Shown: positions 21,098-29,950 of the stretch, one piece after another
Numbering within the stretch: position 1 is the first letter of the stretch
How the letters are laid out: the number at the start of each line of letters is the position of its first letter
NCBI GenBank assembly: GCA_938010715.1
Contig: CALLVG010000232.1
Coordinates: 1 to 57,032 of the forward strand
From: an uncultured Saprospiraceae bacterium
GTDB lineage: Bacteria; Bacteroidota; Bacteroidia; Chitinophagales; Saprospiraceae
Reading direction: 5' to 3'
Length of the DNA: 57,032 nt
Program-made: the position numbers and the translations under genes
Notes under the pieces: model-generated
What the model was told of the DNA's origin: nothing
Database searches by the model: none
Seen by the model: the letters and a program-made list of their open reading frames with translations, nothing else

Positions 21098-21258
21098 AGT
21101 AGCACGGCTTAAATATTCGACACATTGGTGACAAACATATTTGACGCTACTCTTTGTTAAAAAAATAATTTCGTAGCTCGGCTATGCAGTAATTTTTTGC
21201 CTTGATTAGCGAAAAATCTGCTCTGTCAAAAAATAACGATTCTCTAAACCGCGCTACT
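21098..21258. mobile_element. 161-bp foldback MITE-like element, AGTAG-type termini
   Basis: AGTAGCACGGCTTAAAT...TCTAAACCGCGCTACT with TA on both flanks. The left half is roughly the reverse complement of the right half around hairpin CGTAGCTCGGCTATG. Confidence 0.8.
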
Positions 21259-21324
21259 TAGTATCAATCATTTTAAAATAAAAGGCTAATCAATTACAAA
21301 TTGACGAACCATAAACTACAAATC

Positions 21325-21912
21325 ATGAAGACATTTATTTTCTTTTTAATAGCGATAGGCTCAGTTATGTTTTTTGCTTGTACACCAAAAACAGCAACAA
21401 AAGTTGTAAAAGAAACTCCCAAAACAAACCAAATTATAGAATCAGCAGAAGTAGAACCAAAAGATAATAGTGCAACTTCAGGTGAAGAAATCGTAGAGAT
21501 TATTCCTCCTGTATCAAGACCTGCATTTGTAAGTGCTTCTGTCCAAAAAACACCTTGTTTTGGTAAATGTCCTGCTTTCAAAATTACTTTTGATGCAAAA
21601 GGATTAGCAACATACGAGGGCAAAAAGCATGTAAAAATGCTTGGAACATACACCGCACCAATTAGTGGAAAAGAATACACAGCTATTTTATCTGCAGCTC
21701 AAAATATTGGATATTTTAGTATGCCAAAGACTTGTCCGCCCAATGGAAAGTTTATTGCTGATTTACCGTTTACTATCACGACCCTGCATTTTGGAAATGA
21801 TAGACATCAAATTAGAAACAACATTGACGCACCACAAGAATTAACTGATTACGAAAATTTCTTAATTGAATTGGGTGAGTCATTAAAATGGACCAAAGTA
21901 TCTGATCAATAA
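21325..21912 (+). CDS. Lipoprotein (DUF6438-like)
   Basis: Lipobox MKTFIFFLIAIGSVMFFAC; C-terminal region contains CFGKCPAFKITF. The DUF assignment is tentative. Confidence 0.55.
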   Translation: MKTFIFFLIAIGSVMFFACTPKTATKVVKETPKTNQIIESAEVEPKDNSATSGEEIVEIIPPVSRPAFVSASVQKTPCFGKCPAFKITFDAKGLATYEGKKHVKMLGTYTAPISGKEYTAILSAAQNIGYFSMPKTCPPNGKFIADLPFTITTLHFGNDRHQIRNNIDAPQELTDYENFLIELGESLKWTKVSDQ

Positions 21913-21914
21913 TA

Positions 21915-21958
21915 AAATTTGCCGCTTGTAGCCAAGCAATAAATTTCTAAACAACTTC
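21915..21958 (+). repeat. 44-nt repeat, copy 1 (AAATTTGCCGCTTGTAGCCAAGCAATAAATTTCTAAACAACTTC)
   Basis: Direct repeat of 23427..23470 with about 5 mismatches by eye. Confidence 0.75.
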
Positions 21959-21970
21959 GACATAAAAAAA

Positions 21971-21994
21971 GCGGTATGAAAAACTTCATACCGC
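21971..21994. terminator. Bidirectional rho-independent terminator between the lipoprotein gene and secG
   Basis: Perfect 10-bp stem GCGGTATGAA/TTCATACCGC with loop AAAC, an A-run upstream and a T-run downstream. Confidence 0.85.
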
Positions 21995-22020
21995 TTTTTT
22001 TATAAGTTTTAATTGGTAAA

Positions 22021-22287
22021 TTATTGAGACAATAATTCAGTTCCTTCAGCTCCACCACCTACTGCATAGGTAGCCAAAATACAAAGGATGAAAAGAGCTG
22101 CAGCCAAAAACCAAGTTGCTTTTTCAACAAAATCAGTTGATTTCGCTGCTCCAAACATTTGATTTGCTTGCCCTGCCCCGAAAGTCGCATCCAATCCACC
22201 ACCTTTTGAGTTCTGAATCAAAATCACGAAAATCAACATCGCAGCAACGATTGCAATCAAAATCGTTATTAATACTAATGCATTCAT
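22021..22287 (-). CDS. secG: Preprotein translocase subunit SecG
   Basis: Two TM helices and the QNSKGGGL motif typical of SecG. Confidence 0.85.
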   Translation of the reverse strand: MNALVLITILIAIVAAMLIFVILIQNSKGGGLDATFGAGQANQMFGAAKSTDFVEKATWFLAAALFILCILATYAVGGGAEGTELLSQ

Positions 22288-22288
22288 A

Positions 22289-23338
22289 TTATAAATTTTT
22301 AAGTTTTTCTATTTCGGCGGCAAAGATGTGACTTTTCTCAGGATATTTCAAACTTAATTTTTGATACATATCTATTGCTTTGCCAAATCTCTCCTGTTTA
22401 ACGAGTAAAGTCGCAAGTGTTTCAGAAACGATAGAATTACTTAAGTGCAAACTTCGTTCCGCTACTTTTTTTGCGGTTGGTGTCTTTATTTTTTCTTCTT
22501 TTGGTTTTGGTGCCTCTGATTCTTCTCTAACGTTTTGTACAATTTTATGGTTCCCCACTTTATCGATATTTTTATTAATGTCTGGAACTTCCAATTCACG
22601 GTTCAAATCTTTTTCAAATTGAGATAACCAACTCGAAAAAGAATCCTTTGGACGTGGTTTTAAATCTCGTTCGTAGGTATATCTCTTTACTACAGGTGTT
22701 ACAATTTCAAGTTTTTGTGCATTGTTGTACTCAAAAGAATCCATTGCAGTTGAAAAACTTATATAATTATCTATTGTAAAATTGACAATCATTTGCTTTG
22801 AAACTTCAATATCTTCATTTTCGGATTTATCATCTGCAAAAGTTTCAATTTCATTCTCTTGAGCTACAGAATTAAGAAAACTATCCATCGTCATTACTGG
22901 CGCTGCTGCGCCAACTATCGGTGCGGCATCTTCAAAAATATCAGAAGTCCAACTAGGAGAGTCTTCATTTAATTTTGGCAAAGGCATTTCTTTGGCAACT
23001 TCCTCAATGGGGTGCTCTTTGCTCATGATGGCTTCTACTTTCTCCAAATCCATCAATTCTAAGACATCTTCTTGTTCGATAACCTCTTGAGCCAAAATAG
23101 CCAAAGTTGGGTCATGCATTATTTTGTAAAGCAATGAGCGATCTGCAGTGTAAGTGGCAGCCAAGGAAAGATTTCGACTTAATTCAGGGTGCTTATCCAA
23201 CTTACTTTTTAATAAAAGTAGAATTCGAAGATTGGTACTATATGGATAAGCTGCTACCAATGATTTTAACTCCTGATAGCTCACTCTATGCAGGTTGGCA
23301 GGTTCCTTTAAAAATTCATGAAAATTCTCGAGATTCAT
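22289..23338 (-). CDS. Hypothetical protein with acidic middle region and C-terminal TPR-like helix pair
   Basis: Long ORF closely coupled to secG (1-nt gap). I recognise no catalytic motif. Confidence 0.5.
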   Translation of the reverse strand: MNLENFHEFLKEPANLHRVSYQELKSLVAAYPYSTNLRILLLLKSKLDKHPELSRNLSLAATYTADRSLLYKIMHDPTLAILAQEVIEQEDVLELMDLEKVEAIMSKEHPIEEVAKEMPLPKLNEDSPSWTSDIFEDAAPIVGAAAPVMTMDSFLNSVAQENEIETFADDKSENEDIEVSKQMIVNFTIDNYISFSTAMDSFEYNNAQKLEIVTPVVKRYTYERDLKPRPKDSFSSWLSQFEKDLNRELEVPDINKNIDKVGNHKIVQNVREESEAPKPKEEKIKTPTAKKVAERSLHLSNSIVSETLATLLVKQERFGKAIDMYQKLSLKYPEKSHIFAAEIEKLKNL

Positions 23339-23408
23339 TTTCTCTATATAGTATTTGTTCGATAGTATTTGAAATCAGGAAGTCTAAAATAGAAGTTGTT
23401 TAAGAACT

Positions 23409-23470
23409 AAGGAACATGTAAAGACAAAATTTGTCGCTTGTAGCCAAGCAATGAGTTTTTAAACAACCTC
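23409..23470 (+). repeat. 62-nt repeat block (16-nt module shared with 7820, plus 44-nt repeat copy 2)
   Basis: AAGGAACATGTAAAGA followed by AAAATTTGTCGCTTGTAGCCAAGCAATGAGTTTTTAAACAACCTC. Confidence 0.75.
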
Positions 23471-23496
23471 AGAACTCCTGAGTGAGCGTTGCAAAG

Positions 23497-24087
23497 TTAC
23501 GTATTATTTATTTTTAAAAAATCCACCATTTTTTTGACCGCCTCTGCCCTGTGGCTTATTTGGTTTTTTTCGGAAGCATCCATTTGTCCAAATGAAATAT
23601 CGTAACCTTTTGGCTGGAAAATCGGGTCATAACCAAATCCACCATTTCCAACTTTTTCTTTCAATATATCTCCTTCAACGGTTCCTTCAAAAAAATGACT
23701 TTTTTCATCAATAATCAATGCGATTACTGATTTATAACGAGCAGTTCGTGTTGGATTATCACCCAATTCTTGCAATACTTTTTGCAAATTATCTTCATCA
23801 TTTCTTTGAGAGCCTGCATACCTTGCAGAGTAAATCCCAGGTTCACCATTCAAACCATCGACTACTAAACCGCTATCTTCGGCGAGGCAATTCATCCCAA
23901 ATTTTTCATGAAGGTATTGTGCTTTTTGAAAGGCGTTTTCTTGGAAAGTGTCCCCTGTTTCTGGGATGTCGTCAAAACAATTAATGTCTTTAAGACTTTT
24001 TATTTCATAATTTTCTCCTAAAATCTGAGAAACTTCCTCAACTTTATGCTGATTCCCCGTTGCAAATACAATAACTTTCTTTTCCAT
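23497..24087 (-). CDS. rdgB: Non-canonical purine NTP pyrophosphatase (RdgB/HAM1 family)
   Basis: VFATGNQHK..E..., GLxVDxLNGxPGIYSARY and GxxGFGYDPIF motifs. Confidence 0.9.
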   Translation of the reverse strand: MEKKVIVFATGNQHKVEEVSQILGENYEIKSLKDINCFDDIPETGDTFQENAFQKAQYLHEKFGMNCLAEDSGLVVDGLNGEPGIYSARYAGSQRNDEDNLQKVLQELGDNPTRTARYKSVIALIIDEKSHFFEGTVEGDILKEKVGNGGFGYDPIFQPKGYDISFGQMDASEKNQISHRAEAVKKMVDFLKINNT

Positions 24088-24184
24088 AAAATCTTAATTC
24101 TTGAAACTTCGCTTAGACAATCCTGTGTTTTTAAAAAGGTCGAAGAACATTCAAAACTTTGGCGAAGATAAAATTAAATCTATC

Positions 24185-25279
24185 ATGAATATCAAGTATT
24201 ACATTTTCCTTATTCTTTTGGTTCCAATTTTTTTAAATGCTCAATACGACTTCAAAGAAATTAAAAAATTGAAATGCACTGAGGTGAAAAGCCAAGACAA
24301 AACAGGAACTTGTTGGAGTTTCGCAACTTCTTCCTTTTTAGAATCAGAAATTATCCGAATTGGAAAGTCCGAAGCTGATATTTCTGAGATGTTTATCGTT
24401 AGTAATATTTATCAAGACAAAGCGAAAAATTACCTATTGAGACAAGGCAAAGCAAATTTTAGTCAAGGAGCATTGTCTCATGACGCAATAAGAGCCTTTG
24501 ACCAATTTGGAGTCGTTCCAGAATCTGTATTCTCTGGCCTGAAAGATGGCGAAAAACACAATCACGCAGAAATGGAAGCGGCACTCAAAGGAATGTTGGA
24601 TGGCATTTTAAAACAAAAAAGATTAAGCAAGAATTGGCAATCAGCCGTTAGGGCTGTTTTGGATGTTTATATCGGATCTGCTCCGGCTGAATTTTCGGTT
24701 GGCGGTAAAAAAATGAATCCTAAGTCTTATGCCAAATCATTGGGTATCAATGCAGATGATTATGTGAGTTTGAGTTCTTTTACGCACCACCCTTTTTACG
24801 AGTCTTTCATTTTAGAAATCCCTGATAATTATTCAAATGGAGCGTTTTACAACCTTCCAATTGATGAATTAGAAAAAGTAGTTGACCACGCAATAAAAAA
24901 TGGCTATTCCATTGCGTGGGACGGAGATGTGGGTGAAAAAGGCTTTTCTGCAAAAGAAGGAATCGCCGTTTTACCTACTGACGAAAAAAGAGAAGATCTA
25001 TTCAAGAAACCCGGAGCCGAACAATCCGTTACACAAGCAGCGCGTCAGGCAAATTTTGAAAGTTTTGCAACGACAGATGATCATTTGATGCATTTGGTCG
25101 GAACTGCAAAAGACAAAGATGGAGACCTTTATTATATCATAAAAAACTCATGGAATAAAATTGGCCCCTACAATGGTTACGTTTATATGTCCAAACCTTA
25201 TTTCAAAATGAAGACCGTGGCAGTCCTTTTACACAAAGATGCCATCCCAAAACAGATTCTAAAAAAGATTAAATTTTAG
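24185..25279 (+). CDS. C1-family cysteine peptidase, aminopeptidase C/bleomycin-hydrolase-like, secreted
   Basis: Signal peptide from ATG 24185 and active-site QDKTGTCWSFA. The upstream TTG extension from 24101 was rejected. Confidence 0.8.
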   Translation: MNIKYYIFLILLVPIFLNAQYDFKEIKKLKCTEVKSQDKTGTCWSFATSSFLESEIIRIGKSEADISEMFIVSNIYQDKAKNYLLRQGKANFSQGALSHDAIRAFDQFGVVPESVFSGLKDGEKHNHAEMEAALKGMLDGILKQKRLSKNWQSAVRAVLDVYIGSAPAEFSVGGKKMNPKSYAKSLGINADDYVSLSSFTHHPFYESFILEIPDNYSNGAFYNLPIDELEKVVDHAIKNGYSIAWDGDVGEKGFSAKEGIAVLPTDEKREDLFKKPGAEQSVTQAARQANFESFATTDDHLMHLVGTAKDKDGDLYYIIKNSWNKIGPYNGYVYMSKPYFKMKTVAVLLHKDAIPKQILKKIKF

Positions 25280-25280
25280 T

Positions 25281-25940
25281 ATGAAAAAATTAATAATTGC
25301 AGCATTGATTCCACTTTTTTATGTTGCTTCGGTGAGTTTTAGTAACCCGACTTTACAGTTTGCTTTGTTGAAATACAATGGTGGCGGTGACTGGTATGCA
25401 ATTGTCGATGCGCTTGAAAATATGGCTAATTTTTGCAATAAAAATTTAGGCACTAATTTTCAGAAAGATTACGCGACGGTTGAAGTAGGTAGTGCTGAAA
25501 TTTTTAATTTTCCATTCGTTTTTATGACAGGGCATGGGAATGTGGTTTTCTCAGATGTAGAAGCTGAAAACCTTCAAACCTACATGATGGCAGGTGGTTT
25601 TCTATTTATTGACGATGATTATGGAATGGATCCATTCGTTCGTCCTGCAATGAAAAAGGTTTTTCCAAATGAAGAATTTGTAGAAATTCCTTTCAATCAT
25701 CCAATCTATCATCAGAAATATGATTTCAAAAATGGAATGCCAAAAACACACGAGCATGACTCTAAAGCACCTAAAGGTTTAGGAATTTTTCACGAAGGAA
25801 GATTGGTTTGTTTCTACTCCGTTGAAAGTAATATCAGCGATGGTTGGGAATCTGCTCCAGTACACAAAAACCCAGAAGATGTTCGATTATCTGCTTTGAA
25901 AATGGGTGCAAATATCATTCAGTATGCATTTGATCAGTAA
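25281..25940 (+). CDS. DUF4159 domain-containing protein
   Basis: LKYNGGGDWY...FPFVFMTGHG...GGFLFIDDDYG pattern typical of DUF4159. Confidence 0.7.
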   Translation: MKKLIIAALIPLFYVASVSFSNPTLQFALLKYNGGGDWYAIVDALENMANFCNKNLGTNFQKDYATVEVGSAEIFNFPFVFMTGHGNVVFSDVEAENLQTYMMAGGFLFIDDDYGMDPFVRPAMKKVFPNEEFVEIPFNHPIYHQKYDFKNGMPKTHEHDSKAPKGLGIFHEGRLVCFYSVESNISDGWESAPVHKNPEDVRLSALKMGANIIQYAFDQ

Positions 25941-25946
25941 ATAATA

Positions 25947-26105
25947 GACTTTATTCTAGAATAGTTTGTAGAGCAGCGAATGCTTATTTTTTTGATAATT
26001 GAGGCAAAAAATCATTGCATAGCCGAGCTACGGAATTATTTTTTAACGAAAAGTAGCGGAAAATTAGTTTGTCACAAACTTGTCGATTATTTAAGCCATG
26101 CTACT
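25947..26105. mobile_element. 159-bp chimeric foldback element: GACTTTATTCT-type left terminus, AGTAG-type right terminus
   Basis: The left ~105 nt match the reverse complement of 47037..47197. The right ~55 nt match the reverse complement of 21098..21150. TA lies on both flanks. Confidence 0.75.
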
Positions 26106-26116
26106 TAAAATGCTTT

Positions 26117-26473
26117 ATGCCAATACTTTACACATTTTCCCTTTACCTCATGGCTGCACTCTATGGCTTCGCTGGAATCAGCCATTTTCGCAATCCTAAA
26201 TTCTATTTAAAAATCACGCCACCTTGGGTTCCGGCACCTGAAATGGTGAATATTTTTGTTGGAATCGTTGAGATTGGTTTAGCTATAGCCCTTCTTATTC
26301 CAAGCACTCGTGATTTTGCTATTTATGGCATTATTGCTTTGTTGATTGCCGTTTTTCCAGCCAATTTTTATCATTTTCAAAAAGCGAGAAAGAAAGGAAA
26401 ATTCGTTTTAGCAACTGCTTTACGACTTCCAATTCAAGCACTATTGATACTATGGGCTTGGAGTTATTTGTAA
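26117..26473 (+). CDS. Small 4-TM membrane protein (DoxX-like)
   Basis: Four hydrophobic helices. ATG 26117 was chosen because the TTG 26069 extension lies inside the repeat element. Confidence 0.5.
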   Translation: MPILYTFSLYLMAALYGFAGISHFRNPKFYLKITPPWVPAPEMVNIFVGIVEIGLAIALLIPSTRDFAIYGIIALLIAVFPANFYHFQKARKKGKFVLATALRLPIQALLILWAWSYL

Positions 26474-26488
26474 TGATAAGTTAGTGAG

Positions 26489-26745
26489 CATAGAAGGCAA
26501 ACGTATCAAAGCATTAAAAAAAAAGAATTGCTTGCTTGCTTGTGTATGAGGAACTGAAGTTCCGCATATACAAGGTTAAAAAAACATTTTTTTAGCAAAA
26601 AATCTATAGAATTTTTGGCTCTATGTCGAATGAAGTGGGTGAATCAATTTTCAATGAGTTGATTTAGCGAGCCTCAGATAGGCGTTAATAGTTATAGAAA
26701 GATTAATACAGATCTAATTCCTCTTTGATGCGTTTGCCCTCTATG
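26489..26745. repeat. 257-bp segment bounded by 23-nt inverted repeats, upstream of carA
   Basis: CATAGAAGGCAAACGTATCAAAG (26489-26511) pairs with CTTTGATGCGTTTGCCCTCTATG (26723-26745), 21 of 23 complementary. There is an inner hairpin around GGAAC-TGAA-GTTCC (26550-26563). Confidence 0.6.
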
Positions 26746-26836
26746 GGAATTGACTTTGATAAGAAATATCGTTTCTAAAAAAAATAAATGATTTCTAACT
26801 TTCCGTTCAAAATCGCTCAAAACTCCACCCTCTTTT

Positions 26837-26844
26837 TATCTTTG
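26837..26844 (+). promoter_or_regulatory. Bacteroidota -7 box TATCTTTG(CG) upstream of carA
   Basis: Exact TAnnTTTG, 30 nt before ATG 26874. Confidence 0.6.
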
Positions 26845-26873
26845 CGCATCAATTGAAAAAAAAATACAATTGC

Positions 26874-27995
26874 ATGGCAAAAATCGAACAAGTACCTGCA
26901 GTTTTACTATTAGAAGACGGAACGGTTTTTCACGGAAAATCTGCTGGAAAAATCGGGACTACCACTGGTGAAATCTGCTTTAATACCGGTATGACCGGTT
27001 ATCAAGAAATCTTTACTGACCCATCTTACTTCGGTCAAATTATGGTAACGACCAATGCGCATATTGGAAATTACGGCACCAAAAACGCTGAGGTAGAATC
27101 GGAATCCATTAAAATCGCTGGTTTAGTTTGTAAAAACTTTACAAACGAATACTCTCGAATTACGGGTGATCAGTCCATTCAAAAATATTTTGAAATGGAG
27201 GGATTGGTTGGAATTTCTGATATTGACACACGAGCTATCGTACGTCACATCAGAGATAAAGGAGCGATGAATGCGATTATTTCTTCTGAAGAAACAGATG
27301 TCAAAAAACTAAAAAAGCAATTGGCGAAAGTGCCAAGTATGGCTGGATTAGAATTGGCTTCTCAAGTTTCAACTAAAGAACCGTACTTTGTGGGTGATGA
27401 AAATGCACCTATCAAAGTTGCTGTTTTGGATTTAGGAGTGAAGAAAAACATCTTGAGATGTATGTCTTCGCGAGGTTGCTATTTGAAAGTTTTTCCAGCA
27501 AAAACTTCGTTTGCCGAAGTAAAAAAATGGAATCCAGATGGATATTTCATTTCAAATGGCCCTGGTGATCCTGCACCGATGGATTATGCGACTAACTTCA
27601 CTAAAGAAGTTTTGAAAGAGGATGCTCCCCTTTTCGGTATATGTTTAGGACATCAAATTTTGGCGCAAGCCGTTGATATTCCTACTTACAAAATGCACAA
27701 CGGGCACCGAGGTATCAATCATCCAGTTATGAATTTAGTAACTGGTAAATCTGAAATCACGAGTCAAAATCATGGTTTTGGCGTAAGTCCAGATGCGATT
27801 GAAGCTGCCAAGGATAAAATTGAAATTACGCACATTAATCTAAATGATCAGACGATTGAAGGGATTCGTGTGAAAAATAAAAAGGCATTCTCTGTTCAGT
27901 ATCACCCAGAAGCATCTCCTGGGCCACATGATGCGAGGTACCTTTTTGACCAGTTTATTGAGATGATTGGGATTGAGGTGGCGACAACAGTATAA
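26874..27995 (+). CDS. carA: Carbamoyl-phosphate synthase small (glutamine amidotransferase) subunit
   Basis: AVLLLEDGTVFxGKS N-terminus; GATase triad region GICLGHQ and ...QYHPEASPGPHD. Confidence 0.95.
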   Translation: MAKIEQVPAVLLLEDGTVFHGKSAGKIGTTTGEICFNTGMTGYQEIFTDPSYFGQIMVTTNAHIGNYGTKNAEVESESIKIAGLVCKNFTNEYSRITGDQSIQKYFEMEGLVGISDIDTRAIVRHIRDKGAMNAIISSEETDVKKLKKQLAKVPSMAGLELASQVSTKEPYFVGDENAPIKVAVLDLGVKKNILRCMSSRGCYLKVFPAKTSFAEVKKWNPDGYFISNGPGDPAPMDYATNFTKEVLKEDAPLFGICLGHQILAQAVDIPTYKMHNGHRGINHPVMNLVTGKSEITSQNHGFGVSPDAIEAAKDKIEITHINLNDQTIEGIRVKNKKAFSVQYHPEASPGPHDARYLFDQFIEMIGIEVATTV

Positions 27996-28037
27996 ACATC
28001 ATTCATTAACATGAGTCATCCCAAATTTTAGGTAAAA

Positions 28038-28196
28038 GGGGCGTAGCCCCGAAACCGTTTGTAGAAATATGATAAAACCAATGATATTAAGCCGTGTAGT
28101 GGCGTCACTATTTGTTTAATTTTAACGGTGCCGGAGCTACGCTCCTAAATTGCAAGTTTTAATGTTTTTTTACAAACCGAGCCGCCACTATGTGGC
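28038..28196. repeat. Array of four GC-rich 13-nt mini-palindromes (5-bp stem, 3-nt loop) in the carA-eno spacer
   Basis: GGGGC-GTA-GCCCC (28038), GCCGT-GTA-GTGGC (28091), GGAGC-TAC-GCTCC (28133) and GCCAC-TAT-GTGGC (28184), spaced 42-53 nt apart. Confidence 0.65.
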
Positions 28197-28308
28197 TTTC
28201 AAATCAAAATTCAGAATGAACTATGTGAATGACTTATGTTTTTGCACAATTAAGAAAATTATTATTCAAACAGCGAGTATTTAAATTCGCAAATTCAAGC
28301 CAAAATAA

Positions 28309-29592
<1,284 letters not shown>

Positions 29593-29643
29593 ATTAGATG
29601 AAGGGTAAAGAACCAAATGCCCTACTCTATTTTTCATATTTAT

Positions 29644-29688
29644 AAAATGTCGCGTATTCCTTTTTGGAGTATTCGACATTTTTTTTGA
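29644..29688 (+). terminator. Rho-independent terminator after eno
   Basis: AAAATGTCG...CGACATTTT outer stem with an inner extension, followed by a T-run of at least 8. Confidence 0.75.
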
Positions 29689-29914
29689 GCTTTTTTCTAA
29701 AAGATTAAATGACTTTATTACACATATTTATTAAAATTTATTTGTTGAGAATTTTCTGAATGAGTAAAATTATTAATCAATACAATCAGCAGCAGAATTA
29801 GTTTTCAAATGAATAATTACTGCGCTGCCCTTTCATATAATTTGAATTTGAAAATATTCTTAGAAGATTCACAAATAGTTGAATCCAAATACCGCGCTTA
29901 TCTAATTGTGTTCC

Positions 29915-29922
29915 TACCTTTG
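29915..29922 (+). promoter_or_regulatory. Bacteroidota -7 box TACCTTTG upstream of pyrG
   Basis: Exact TAnnTTTG, 29 nt before ATG 29951. Confidence 0.6.
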
Positions 29923-29950
29923 CATCCCGTAACATTACAATCGAGAATTC

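Noticed and set aside
21294-21680. 128-aa minus-strand ORF
   Set aside because: Antisense to the lipoprotein gene, which has a clear lipobox signal peptide on the plus strand.
26069-26116. Upstream TTG extension of the DoxX-like ORF
   Set aside because: The extension is composed of the right arm of the chimeric repeat element. ATG 26117 gives a normal TM-helix N-terminus.
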